A stretch of 64,000 nt of DNA from NCBI RefSeq assembly GCF_963921235.1, contig NC_086097.1:5022001-5086000 (forward strand), read 5' to 3'. The stretch comes from Mobula hypostoma (taxonomy: Eukaryota). This document shows, one piece after another, positions 12,649 to 25,664 of the stretch (its first letter is position 1; every line of letters starts with the position of its first letter). Made by a program: the position numbers and the translations under genes. A model generated the notes under the pieces. It worked only from the letters and a program-made list of their open reading frames with translations. It searched no databases and had not been told where the DNA came from.

Positions 12649-13554
12649 TCCCCCTTTTTCATAGTTGCTACCTGGCCTGCTGAGATCCTCCAGCATTTTG
12701 TGTATGTTGCATTATTAAATTTGAGTGTGTTGAAATTTATTTAAAAAGTGGTTTATCAAAAAAGTAGGATTTCATAGGATTAGAGCGAAAGGACTGATGT
12801 GACTCAGAGAGAAGCAGAGAGTAATGGGAATGGACACAGTGCTATCCTCCATGTGTTCACTCGTTGTGGCTCCCTGGTTTTCACCTGATGGAAGAACAAG
12901 CTGGACTAGGCTTACTTACTATCAATCAACAGCCGTGCACTCAGGGGCTTGGGCAATATTATATATTTTTTGCTTTGTGACTATGCTTTTCTGAAATTGT
13001 AATTATATAGTCCGTTTGTGGTATGTGCTATGTGCGGTGTGCTCTGTGTTGTCGGTAATGTGCCTTGCACCTTGGCCCCAGAGGAACACTGTTTCATTTG
13101 GCTGTATTCATGTATGGTTGAATGATAATTAAACTTCAACTTGAATTTGAACTTTTCAGACTGGGAAGGAACATTCCAAAGAGTCAGTTTTTTTGGTTTC
13201 TTACTCTTGAATGCTTAGGGATAATTTTGATTTTAATCTGCAGAGCACTGTCAGTGTGAAACTATGCAAAGTATTGGCTAGTGAGGCGGTGGGTGTCAGC
13301 TTCAGGAGAATGTAAACAAGATGAGAAAATGGAGCTTGATACATGGGAATATGAACGGATGGAAGGACAGAATACTATAAATACACACTTCCGTAACTAT
13401 TGTACAGACAAATCATAAATGCTATCAGAGAAATTCAATAAGATGCTGAATGGAACATTAGGTTATAAATATCGGCAAATAATAAAGTAAATAAGCTTAT
13501 GCTAACATTTGGATCTAACCCCATATCTCACCTGTCCGTCTTTCTTCCAAAGTT

Positions 13555-13715
13555 AAGGGTGCCATGGTAACATAGTGGTTAGCGTCACGCTATGTCAGCT
13601 TGGAGAGTTCAACTCTCTGTAAGGAGATCCAGTAGACTGCATGGACTTTCTCCGAGTGTGGTAATGATCACACAGAAAGTGGCATGGTACCATAGCAATT
13701 AGCGTAATGCTATTA
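13555..13715 (+). mobile_element. Decayed V-SINE-like fragments
   Basis: Head GGTAACATAGTGGTTAGCG...GAGTTCAA similar to the other copies. Confidence 0.5.
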
Positions 13716-14515
13716 CATAGAAACATAGAAAACCTACAGCACAATACAGGCCCTTCGGCCAACAAAGTTGTGCCGAACATGTCCCTACCTTAGAAATTAC
13801 TAGACTTACCCATAGCCCGCTATTTTTCTAAGCTCCATGTACCTATCCAAAAGACTCTTAAAAGACCCTATGGTATCTGCCTCCACCACCATTGCCAGCA
13901 GTCCATTCCACACACTCATCATTCTCTGCATAAAAACTTACCCCTGACATCTCCTCTGTACCTACTCCCCAGCACCTTAAACCTGTGTCCTCTTGTAGCA
14001 ACCATTTCAGCCTTGGGAAAAAGCCCCTGACTATCTACACAATCAATGCCTCTCATCATCTTATACACCTCTATCAGGTCACCTCTCATCCTCCATCACT
14101 CCAAGGAGAAAAAGCTGAGTTCACTCAACCTATTCTCATAAGGCATGCTCCCTAATCCAGGCAACATCTTTGAAAATCTCCTCTGCACCCTTTCTATGGC
14201 TTCCACCTCCTTCCGGTAGTGAGGCGACCAGAACTGAGCACAGTACTCCAAGTGGGGTCTCACCAGGGTCCAAAATAGCTGTAACATTACCTCTCGGCTC
14301 CTAAATTCAATTCCATGATTAATGAAGTCCAATACACCATACACCTTCTTAACCACAGAGTCAAGCTGCGCAGCTGCTTTGAGCATCCTATGGATCCGGA
14401 CCCCAAGATCCCTCCGACCCTCCACACTGCCAAGAATATTACCATTAATACTATATTCTGCAATCATATTAGACCTACCAAAATGAACCACTTCATTCTT
14501 GTCTGGGTTGAACAC
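13716..14515 (-). mobile_element. 5'-truncated CR1 (family A)
   Basis: ORF 14096..14515 LVRPHLEYCAQFWSP; ACATAGAAACATAGAAAA tail. Confidence 0.95.
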
Positions 14516-14750
14516 TCTCCTCTCTTATCAGATTCCTACCACTCCAGCCCTTTATCTTTCCCACCCACCTGGTTTTACCTGTTACCTTATCGCTAGCCTC
14601 CTTCCCCTCCCCCCACCATTTTATTCTGGTGTCTTCCCCCTTCCTTTGCAATCCTGTTGAAGGATCTCAGCTTGAAACACCAGCTGCTTATTCATTTCCA
14701 TAGATGTTTTCTGACCTGAAGAGTTCCTCCAACATTTTGTTAGTGTTGCA
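14516..14750 (+). mobile_element. Decayed Penelope-like 3' fragment
   Basis: Pyrimidine-rich UTR, decayed motif CTGTTGAAGG...GAAAC, shared tail. Confidence 0.65.
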
Positions 14751-15654
14751 ATTGAATTTTTGTTTCTTAATAACTGAGTTCTGCAGATGATGATTGCTAC
14801 ATACTTCCAGGACCTTCTAGGGTTAGGTACTTCTGGGACCTTCTTTTTTTGTTGTGATTATCTTGATAAATATAGATGTAGAGGTAGAATCTTTCACACT
14901 TTTAGTCAGTTCCTGCATTAATCAACTGATCACAGGACAGAACATTTTCTCACGAACTCTCATGGGCCTCTAACTTTGTTTCTTGATCCACACATGGTGA
15001 CTGAACACCCATATGGCCCCATCACCCAAAACCCAGGATACACCCCCTTCTCATTACTACCATCAGGGAGGAGGTACAGGAGCCTGAAGACACACACTCA
15101 ATGTTTTATCAACAGCTTCTTCCCCACCGCCATCAGATTTAGAGCCATAGAGTGATAGAAAAGTACAGCACCCAAGCCATTAGTCCGTGCTAAACCAAAA
15201 TATTACCCTAAAATATTCATTCATTTCTGAGTAAAGGATGAACCCATGAACACTACCTTAATTTATTTTTTTCTTTTTTAGCTGTACTTATTTAATTGTA
15301 TTTTTTTATGCACATGCTGTAGACGTAGGAAATCACACTAGATTTTGAGTTAAGCTCATCGCCCTTACGCCCTAAATGCTTTTTCAGATACATTGATGAC
15401 ACCTTCGTGGTGTGGACTGATGGACTCCAGGCACTCCAACAGTTCCATCAGCATTTGAACAGCATGCATCCAAACATTCAATGGAGAAGAATGGTTGCCT
15501 CCCATCCCTGGACATTCTAATACGACGGAAACCGGACATCCCATCTATCTGAAACTCACTCACATGGACTTATACCCCAACAATAACAGCCACCATCATG
15601 CCTTCCAACATAGAATGGTTCTTCCTACTTTGATTGTTTTTGTTGGATACCATC

Positions 15655-15842
15655 AAGTCGCTGTGACCCTGTGGATAGTGTAGTTGTCCATAGGGTTTTC
15701 GTGGCACGTCGCTGAAGTAGCTTGCCTGGCCTTTCTTCCACACAGATCTAGCCTGTGCTGCTGGCCAGGTTGGGACCCGGCTGGGGTTGAATGCAGGACC
15801 ATCTGCCTCGGAATCCAATGCTAATGTCACTATGCCCCCGGC
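15655..15842 (-). mobile_element. tRNA-derived SINE nested in the old PLE
   Basis: Minus-strand tRNA-like head GGCATAGTGACATTAGCA...GCATTCAACCCC; interrupts PLE coding remnant. Confidence 0.6.
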
Positions 15843-15966
15843 GCAAACTATTTCAGACCCGGAGAGTCTCTCCGAGGAAATAAGATGTTTACACACGACA
15901 TTCCTACAGAGTAAAGGAACTCAGTCTGGCCCTTAAATGGGCTGATGGAAAATCCAGGATGCAGGC

Positions 15967-16773
15967 AACAACAACAGGAATTCTGCAGATGCTGGAAATT
16001 AGATGCAACACACATCAAAGTTGCTGGTGAACACAGCAGGCCAGGCAGCATCTCTAGGAAGAGGTATAGTCGACGTTTCAGGCCGAGACCCTTCGTCAGG
16101 ACTAACTGAAGGAAGAGTTAGTAAGAGATTTGAAAGTGGGAGGGGGAGGGGGAGATCCAAAATGATAGGAGAAGACAGGAGGGGGAGGGATGGAGCCAAG
16201 AGCTGGACAGGTGATAGGCAAAAGGGATATGAGAGGATCATGGGACAGGAGGTCTGGGAAGAAAGACAAGTCGGGGGGGGGAACAGAGGATGGGCAAGGG
16301 GTATAGTCAGAGGGAGAAAAGGAGAGTGAGAGAAAGAATGTGTATAAAAATAAGTAACAGATGGGGTACGAGGGGGAGGTGGGGCAGTAGCGGAAGTTAG
16401 AGAAGTCAATGTTCATGCCATCAGGTTGGAGGCTTCCCAGACGGAATATAAGGTGTTGTTCCTCCAACCTGAGTGTGGCTTCATCTTTACAGTAGAGGAG
16501 GCCGTGGATAGACATGTCAGAATGGGAATGGGATGTGGAATTAAAATGTGTGGCCACTGGAAGATCCTGCTTTCTCTTGGCTCCATCCCTCCCCCTCCTG
16601 TCTTCTCCTATCATTTTGGATCTCCCCCTCCCCCTCCCACTTTCAAATCTCTAACTAACTCTTCCTTCAGTTAGTCCTGACGAAGGGTTTCGGCCTGAAA
16701 TGTCGACTGTACCTCTTCCTAGAGATGCTGCCTGGCCTGCTGCGTTCACCAGCAACTTTGATGTGTGTTGCTT
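15967..16773 (-). mobile_element. Young Penelope-like insertion with inverted 5' partial terminal repeat
   Basis: GIY-YIG C-terminus LRLEEQHLIFRLGSLQPDGMN; ~200-bp inverted repeat 16001-16201 vs 16575-16773; hammerheads 16068-16103(-) and 16673-16708(+). Confidence 0.9.
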
Positions 16774-17574
16774 AAGCAAATAACAAGAAGGAACCCATTG
16801 CTGCTTCATGCCTTCCTTGTATTTCCATGGTTTCTGGAAGGATTGTCAAGATCCCGAAGAAATAGTGGATTAATAACATCCACAAGCCTTTAAGGAAGGT
16901 CAGATCACAGCTTATGTGGGTCAAAGATGACCTGGGTCTTAGGTCAGCTGGTGTTTACAGGATTCCCTGTGAATGCGGAGCCCCGTGTATCAGCCAGGTG
17001 GGATGCACAGTGCAAACCCATATCAAGGAGCACAGGATGTGTATCCGTTTGGGTTAATCGATGGTAACAGAACATTACATTCACAGTGGTCGTAGGATTG
17101 ACTCTGAGAGCACCAAGCTACTGTGCCATGCCAAAGGCTTTTGGGAAACCACCCCCCCCCAACTGATAAAGGAAGCAACTGAAATAAAACTGGAGTAAAT
17201 TAATTTTAACAAAGGTGAAGGTCTCACTCTCAGTAAGATCTGGAATTCGATTGTAAACAAGGTGAGAGAGTGGAAACCTGATTGGATGAGGACTAACCAA
17301 TCAGGAGAGACGGATGATGGAGGGGTGTAAAAACCACCGGACTAGACATACCTAGGCATCATCCCTGATGAAGCTGGCAGAGTTTATCATCGAAATGATG
17401 GTTAAAATTGATACCTGTACTCAGCTGGAAGCCCAGGAAGAGTTTTCCATAAATCTGAGAGGGATTATTTCCTCTCTCAGAACAAGACAGCACTAACTTG
17501 CAGTGAAGGTTATATCTCTTTAGTTTGTAAATGTAATTAATTATTAAACAGATTCAGCTTTTCTTGTTCTTTCA

Positions 17575-19830
17575 GAACATATAACATAGGATAGTACAGC
17601 ACAGTACAGGCCATTTCGCCCAAAATGTTATGCCAACCCTTAAACCCTGCCTTCAATTTAACCCCCCACCTTAGATTCCTCCATATACCTGTCTAGTAGT
17701 CTCTTAAACTTCACTAGTGTATCTGCCTCCACCACTGACTCAGGCAGTGCATTCCATGCACCAACCACTCTCTGAGTAAAAAACCTTCCTCTAATATCCC
17801 CCTTGAACTTCCCACCCCTTACCATAAAGCCATATCCTCTTGGCTTTATGGTGCCCTGGAGAAGAGGCGCTGGCTATCCACTCTATCTATTCCTCTTATT
17901 ATCTTGTACACCTCTATCATGTCTCCTCTCATCCTCCTTCTCTCCAAAGAGTAAAGCCCTAGCTCCCTTAATCTCTGATCATAATGCATACTCTCTAAAC
18001 CAGGCAGCATCCTGGTAAATCTCCTCTGTACCCTTTCCAATGCTTCCACATTCTTCCTATAGTGATTTGGCCAGAACTGGACACAATACTCCAAGTGTGG
18101 CCTAACCAGAGTTTTATAGAGCTGCATCGTTACCTCACGTCTCTTAAACTCTGGCATTTATAGCAAGAGGATTCGAGTACAGGAGCAGGGATTTACTACT
18201 GCAGTTGTACAAGGCCTTGGTGAGACCACACCTGGAGTATTGTGTGCAGTTTTGGTCCCCTAATCTGCGGAAAGACATTCTTGCCATAGAGGGAGTACAA
18301 GGAAGGTTCAGCAGATTGATTCCTGGGATGGCAGGACTTTCATATGATGAAAGACTGGATCAACTAGGCTTATACTCGTTGGAATTTAGAAGATTGAGGG
18401 GGGATCTTATTGAAACGTATAAAATCCTAAAGGGATTGGACAGGCTAGATGCAGGAAGATTGTTCCCGATGTTGGGGAAGTTCAGAATGAGGGGTCACAG
18501 TTTGAGGATAAAGGGGAAGCCTTTTAGGACCGAGATTAGGATAAACTTCTTCACACAGAGAGTGGTGAATCTGTGGAATTCTCTGCCACAGGAAACAGTT
18601 GAGGCCAGTTCATTGGCTATGTTTAAGAGGGAGTTAGATATGGCCCTTGTGGCTAAAGGGATCAGGGGGTATGGAGGGAAGGCTGGTGCAGGGTTCTGAG
18701 TTGGATGATCAGCCATGATCATACTGAATGGCAGTTCAGGCTCAAAGGGCCGAATGGCCTACTCCTGCACCTATTTTCTATGTTTCTATGTTTCTATGTT
18801 TCTATCCCTCGACTTACGAAAGCTAATACCCCATAAGCTTTCTTAACTACCCTATCTACCTGTGAGACAACTTTCAGGGATCTGTGGACACGTACCCCGA
18901 GATCCCCTGCTCCTCCACACTACCAAGTATCCTGCCATTTACTTTGTACTCTGCCTTGGAGTTTGTCCTTCCAAAGTGTACCACCTCACACTTCTCCGGG
19001 TTGAGCTCCATCTGCCACTTCTCAGCCCACTTCTGCATCCTACCAATGTCTCTCTGCAATCTTCGACAATCCGCTACACTATCTACAACACCACCAACCT
19101 TTGTGTCATCTGCAAACTTGCCAACCCACCCTTCTATCCCCACATCCAGGTCGTTAATAAAAATCACGAAAAGTAGAGGTCCCAGAACCAATCCTTGTGG
19201 GACACCACGAGTCACAACCCTCCAATCCGAATGTACTCCCTCCACCATGACCCTCTGCCTTCTGCAGGCAAGCCAATTCTGAATCCACCTGGCCAAACTT
19301 CCCTGGATCCCATGCCTTCTGACTTACTGAATAAGCCTACTGTGTGGAACCTTGTCAAATGCCTTACTAAAATCCATGTAGATCACATCTACTGCACTAC
19401 CCTCATCCATATGCCTGGTCACCTCCTCAAAGAACTCTATCAGTCTTGTTAGACACGATCTGTCCTTCACAAAGCCATGCTGACTGTCCCTGGTCAGACC
19501 ATGATTCTCTAAATGCCCATAGATCCTATCTCTAAGAATCTTGTCCAACAGCTTTCCCACCACAGACGTAAGGCTCACTGGTCTATAATTACCCGGAATA
19601 TCCCTACTACCTTTTTTGAACAAGGGGACAACATTCGCCTCCCTCCAATCTTCCGGTACCATTCCCATGGACAATGAGGACATAAAAATCCTAGCCAGAG
19701 GCTCAGCAATCTCTTCCCTCGCCTCGTGGAGCAGCCTGGGGAATATTCTGTTAGGCCCCGGGGACTTATCCATCCTAATATATTTTAACAACCCCAACAC
19801 CTCCTCTCCCTTAATATCAACATGCTCCAT
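17575..19830 (-). mobile_element. 5'-truncated CR1 (family B), split by a nested CR1
   Basis: ORFs 19324..19830 (KSPGP, NYRPVSLTS, QHGF), 18874..19296 (FADD), 17846..18157; tail at ~17575. Confidence 0.95.
18153..18803 (+). mobile_element. Nested 5'-truncated CR1 (family C)
   Basis: ORF 18205..18699; (TTTCTATG)n tail; host sequence CTCTTAAACTCT|ATCCCTCG rejoins (compare 54807-54825). Confidence 0.95.
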
Positions 19831-19894
19831 AATTTATAATTTCTAAATTATAATTTTTTTTTATTATTTGAGGTTGTTATAGCGGGGGGTGGTA

Positions 19895-20428
19895 GTGGGG
19901 TGGTAGCTCCCACTACCTATTAAATGCTCCCAATGATTTGCGCCTCAGATAGTCTTTGACATGAAGGCTCCTGGCCTTCACATGTGGATTAGCTACTAAG
20001 CCCAGCAGAACCATCTCTACTAACAGGAGAAAGGGCAAAGGTGGGTTACTGGCACCTTAAGATCAGTTGCTTTGGGCAGATGGATCTTGTCAGCCATAGT
20101 TGGCAGCTCATCTTGGAGAAGGAAAATTCTGATTTCAAACTTCCGCTACTTTGCATATTTTGCTCATGGGGAGGGCTTCAGGAGTAAACACTGAAGGTAA
20201 AATTTGGAGCTGGAATCCCTGAGATCAACAGTGTCTGTCACCTTCTGCGATGCCACTGGTGCCAAACTGTATTGGTTTCTGCTGTTCCCTTCGATTCATC
20301 AGCTGCACAGAGAGGGGGAGCCTGCTACACGGGCAACAGCTTGTTCTCCACATTGTACTGCCCTGACTTGCATATCTAGACAGTGTGGGCACAACTTCCA
20401 TGGTCGACCCTGACCAACAGAGGCCTCA
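19895..20428 (+). mobile_element. Probable RTE-type non-autonomous element
   Basis: GC-richer block with RTE-UTR-like motifs; no ORF; single copy in window. Confidence 0.4.
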
Positions 20429-20694
20429 GAAATTTTTTAAAACATTTAGGTTTCAGAGAATCTTCACGCATTTTCAATAATTGACTGAGCAAAATCTCTG
20501 TATTTTGATTCTGGAATGTAAATTAATGACATACAACAACAAAATTGTGATGAAATCAGAAATTGTCTCTTTTCTCCAAGTACTCTATAAATCTCCACGT
20601 AAGTACAGAACAAGGAGTTTTATGATATATTTTCTGATATAGCAACACCGTATAGCAACATTATCATGCAACACAGAGTTTATGTTGCCGGCAA

Positions 20695-22490
20695 TCAGCA
20701 GGAGCTCAAAAAAAGCAGCTACAACCAGTGCAAAGCTATCAAGACTATGAAACAACAATACAGTGACAAGATTGAGTCAAGATTCACTACAAATAGCACA
20801 CATGACTTGCGGTGAAGGTTGCATACCATCGCAAACTTCAAAGCCAAACGTAGTGATGTCGCCAACATCGCAGCAGCTGTCCCAAATGAGCTCAATCCCT
20901 TTACTGCTCGGTTCGATGTTACTAACTCTGAGCCTCCAAAGAAAGCCCCAGCTACAACCTGCAACCTGGTCATCCCTGAGGCTGAGGTACGCAGATGTTT
21001 CCAATGAGTGGACTTTCACAAGGCTGCGGGACCGGACAGCATTCCAGGGCAAGTATACTGGACGTGCACAGCACAATAGGCAGGTGTGTTTACAGACATT
21101 TTTAATCTCTCTCTCCCTCTCTCAGTGTAGAGTGCCCGCCTGCTTCAAATTATCCACCATTGCCCCTGTACAAAAATAGACCAAGGTAACATACCTGAAT
21201 GACTGGTGTCCTGTCACACTCACCTCAATAATAAGCAAATGTTTTGAGAAGCAGGTCAAGGACGACATATGCAGCTTGCTGTTACCCAAACTGGACCCCC
21301 AACATTTCATCTAACGACACAAGCAATTGACAGATGACACAATAGCCACAGCTCTAGATACCATCCATATATATCTGGAGTAGAAATATGCTTATGTGAG
21401 AATGCTGTTCTTGGACTACAGTTCAGCATTCAACACCATAATTCCCTCCAGGTTCAACAGGAAGCTCAGAGACCTCAGCCTTGACCCTGCCTTGTGCAGC
21501 TGGATCCTGGACTTATTCTCAGATCGCTGGTAGGTGGTGAGAGTGGGCTCCCTCACCTCCAACCCTCTGACTCTCAACACAGGAGCCCCTCAGGGCTGCG
21601 AACTGAGTCCCCTCCTTTACTCCCTGTATACCCATGACTGTATTGCCACTCATAGCTCCAATCTGCTAATTAAATTTGCCAACCACACGACATTGATTGG
21701 CCTTATCTCAAACAATAATGAGATGGCCTACGGGGAAGAAGTCATCTCTCTAACACAGTTGTGTCAAGAAAACAGCCTCTCCCTCAATGTTGCAAAAACA
21801 AAGGAGCTGGTTGTGGACTACAGGAGGAATGGAGACAGGCTAACCCCTATTAATATCTATGGATCTGGGGTTAAGAGGGTGAACAGCTTTAAGTTCGTCG
21901 GTATCCTCGTCACTGACGCACCAGCTGTGTGGTGAAAAAGACACAACAGTGCCTCTTTCACCTCAGACGGTTGAGGAAGTTTGGTATGGTCTCCCAAATC
22001 CTAAGAACTTGCTACCGGGGCACAATTAAGAGCATCCTGACTGGCTGCATCACTGCCTGGTACAGGAACTGTACCTCCCTTAATCGCAGGATTCTACAGA
22101 GAGTGGTGCAGACAGCCCAGCGCATCTGTAGTTGTGAACTTCCCATGATTCGGAACATTAACAAAGACTGGTGTGAATAAAGGGCCGAAGGATCATTGGG
22201 GACCCGAGTCACCCCAGCCACAATCTATTCCAGCTGCTACCATCCGGGAAACGGTACCACAACGTAAAAGCCAGGACCAACAGGTTCCGGGATAGCTTCT
22301 TCCACCAGGCCATCAGACTGATTAATTCATGCTGATTTGAGTGTACTCTATATTACATTGACTGTTCTATTTATTATAAATTATTATAGATTACTATGAT
22401 TGCAGATTGCACGTTTAGACAGAGATGCAACATAAAGATTTTTACTCCTCATGTATGTGAAGGATGTAAGAAATAAAGTCAATTCAATTT
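20695..22490 (+). mobile_element. 5'-truncated Rex1/Babar LINE (RT, multiple stops and frameshifts)
   Basis: LDYSSAFNTI, TGAPQGCELSPLLYSLYTHDC, KTKELVVDYRR; AATAAA plus (AATTC) tail near 22472-22490. Confidence 0.92.
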
Positions 22491-22694
22491 AATCTAAAGA
22501 TATTAAACTTGGTTCTGTTTCTGACTCTGACCCATTTTGTATTCCCAGTGATGGTGGTACTTTTTTAAATTCACATCCACTTCAGTCTGCTGATTTTGAC
22601 TCCTCTGCATTTCCTTGATTTCTTTGGCATTTGGAAATATATTTATCTCTGATGATTCCAATTGTGTTTATAGGAATGAATGCATATACGTATA

Positions 22695-23740
22695 TAGAAG
22701 GTGCCAGAAAATGGTCAGTAACATCATAAAGGATTCCATCCACTCTGCGCATGGACTGTTTGTCCCACTCACATCAGGGAGGAATCTATGTAACATCCAC
22801 ACCAGGACCGCCAGACGCAAAAACAGTTAGTTTCCCCAAACACGAGGAAATCTGCAGATGCTGGAAATTCAAGCAACACACACAAAAAATGCTGGTGGAA
22901 CGCAGCAGGCCAGGCAGCATCTCTAGGAAGAGGTACAGTCGACGTATCGGGCCGAGACCCTTCGTCAGGACCAACTGAAAGAAAAGATAGTAAGAGATTT
23001 GAAAGTGGGAGGGGGAGGGGGAGATCCGAAATGATAGAAGAAGACAGGAGGGGGAGGGATGGAGCCAAGAGCTGGACAGGTGATTGGCAAAAGGGATACG
23101 AGGCTGGAGAAGGGAGAGGATCATGGGATGGGAGGCCTAGGGAGAAAGAAAGGGAGAGGGGGGAAGACCAGAGGATGGGCAAGGAGTATAGCGAGAGGGA
23201 CAGAGAGAAAAAAAAGTAAATAAATAAAGAAGGAAGGAAGGAAGGGAGAGAGGGAGGGATGGGGTACGAAGGGGAGGTGGGGCATTAACGGAAGTTGGAG
23301 AAGTCAATGTTCATGCCATCAAGTTGGAGGCTACCCTGACGGAATATAAGGTGTTGTTCCTCCAACCTGAGTGTGGCTCTTCCTCTGTACCTCTTCCTAA
23401 AGATGCTGCCTAGCCTGCTGCTTTCACCAGCATTTTCTATGTGTATTACTTTCCCCAAGCGGTAAGACAAATCAACATCTCCACCCACTAACCCACCCCA
23501 CCACAACACCCCTAACCACCACTACTTTATCATTCCCTCTCAGGACACGCCTGTGCTGAGCATCACTTTATGAATGTACAATCAATCAATGTATATAAAC
23601 TATCTTATGTATATTTACTGTTCTTCATCTTATTGTTTTTTTTCTGCTGCACTGAAGCCAGAGTAAAATTCTCCTTTCATTATTTCATTCATCTTTACAC
23701 TTACCTACTGGAAATGACATTAAACCATCTTGAATCTTGT
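22695..23740 (+). mobile_element. Rex1-type 3' fragment interrupted by a Penelope-like insertion
   Basis: NIIKDSIHSAHGLFVPLTSGR; TTTCCCCAA present on both sides of the insert (22831-22839, 23450-23458). Confidence 0.7.
22839..23446 (-). mobile_element. Penelope-like insertion with short inverted 5' tail copy
   Basis: LRLEEQHLIFRQGSLQLDGMN; hammerhead 22936-22971 with GAAA>GATA; inverted segment ~23378-23445. Confidence 0.88.
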
Positions 23741-24824
23741 CTGCTCTCAGAGTTATTTGAAAGTCAGACTTATACTTATACAGCGTTTTCCATTGCTGAG
23801 AGCTTCACTAATCTTGAATCAGGAATTGGCCTCGTGGATTCAACTGGGAGGAAACAGGAATTAACCTTCCCTCTCAAGACAGAGCGGCTGCAACTAATGA
23901 AATTGGTATCATTAGCTGTCCGCTGTGCAGACAGACATTAGACGAATGCTGATGTAGATTAAAGCCAAGAAAAACAACTTCTGATTCTTCAAGACAGAGC
24001 AAAGTGTCGTTAGAGCTTCTACTGGTCAGAAGAAAATGAAATGAAGAGGTCATCATCAGATAAGGAGGTGTTTGTGATTAGCTGAAACAGTGGGGGATGA
24101 TGATACCAATAAACAGCTGGCTCCTGATCACACAAAATTCGTGAGCTGAAATGAGACATCTCATTCTTCTGATGCACCGAAAGGAAGCAGAGGTTAATTT
24201 GATCAGAGCAGAGTCAGAATGTAAATACCTGATAAGGGAATGTGAAACAGAGGAGGTCGTGTTTTGATGACTGGATGTTTTAGGGGCCTCCTGACTGAAC
24301 GGAGGATAATGACACAGAAAATCAGCTTCATGCAGTAAATGTAGAAATGTCACACTGTAGAGGGCAGCTGGATCCAACTCTTAAAACTATAAGGGATACA
24401 AACTCAGTTGACACTTCTAAACATCAACCCAAAACCTATTTATCTAATCTTGCTTTTAACTGACATCTTTTTGTCTTTTATTTTCATGTTTGCACTTTAT
24501 CCCATTGTAAAGCACCTTGAACTACATTGTCTGTATGAAGAGTACTGTATAAATAAGTTATCATTATCATTAAATGCTGTAATACTGCTTCATTTCTCTG
24601 TAAATTGGAGCTTAATTAAATGGCTTAGCTGGGAAACCCAACATTTATTGCACATCTCTCAATGCCTCTGAAACGAGTGGCTTGTTAGACCACTGCAGAG
24701 GGCAGTTAAGGGATAAGAATTTGAAGTCACCGGAGAGACTGTGTAAGAATCAGAGATATCCCTTCTTGAAGGACAGAGGTGAACCAGATAGGCTGTTGAA
24801 CACAGAACAATGCAGCACAAAAGC

Positions 24825-25000
24825 ATAAACACAAGAGATTCTGCAGATACTGGATGTCCAGAGCAACACACACAAACTGCTGGAGGAACTCAGCATGTCA
24901 GGCAGCATCTATGGAAATGAATAAGGTGTTGATGTTTCAGGCTGAGACCCTTCATAAGCTGATGACCCGCTGTGTTCCTCAAGCATTTTGTGTGTGTTGC
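24825..25000. mobile_element. Decayed palindromic PLE remnant
   Basis: PLE tail on minus then on plus strand. Confidence 0.6.
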
Positions 25001-25274
25001 ACAGCACAGGATCACTTGAACAGGCCCGTTAGCCTGCCAAATCTACAATAGCCTTGCTGTCAATCCTTCTAACCCTATCATTCTGCACATGGTATGTCTC
25101 CTCCATTCCCTGTGCTTGATGTGTCTGTCGAACATTGTTGTCGTATCTGCTTCTACAGCCTCCCATGGGAGTGCGATCGAGACACCTACCACTCTTCAGT
25201 CAAAAATAACCTACCTTCTACATCTTCTTTGAGCTCTCCCCCTCTCACCTTAAACCCATGCCAGCTAGTATTTA

Positions 25275-25448
25275 AAAACGCAAACACGAGAAAATCTACA
25301 GATGCTGGAAATTCAAGCAACACACACAAAATGCTGGTGGAACACAGCAGGCCAGGCAGCATCTATAGGAAGAGGCCCAAAACGTCGACTGTACCTCTCC
25401 CTATAGATGCTGCCTGGCCTGCTGCGTTCCACCAGCATTTTGTGTGTC
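25275..25448. mobile_element. Short palindromic PLE remnant inside an old CR1 3' end
   Basis: CACACAAAATGCTGGTGGAAC...GTTCCACCAGCATTTTGTGTG inverted arms; half hammerhead GGCCCAAAACGTCGACT. Confidence 0.8.
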
Positions 25449-25664
25449 CAGCTAGTATTTGACCTTTTCACTGGGAAAAAAGACTCTTGTCATATACCTT
25501 TTCAGTTTACCCCTCAGCCTCCAGAGAAAACAATCCAAGAAATCCAACCTCTTCTTACAGTGAAAATTTTCCAATCCAGGAATGCTCTCTTCTCGCTGCT
25601 GCCATCAGGAAGGAGATTAAGGAGCCTCAAGACCCTCAGAACCAGGTTCAGGAACAGTTATTAC

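Larger units (their letters stand above)
15335..17450 (+). mobile_element. Old Penelope-like element (second family, Poseidon-like), disrupted, with nested SINE and nested PLE
   Basis: FFRYIDDTFVVW at ~15380-15415; GVYRIPCECG at ~16950-16980 (GIY-YIG); hammerhead-like CTGATGAAG...CGAAA at 17365-17395. Confidence 0.85.
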
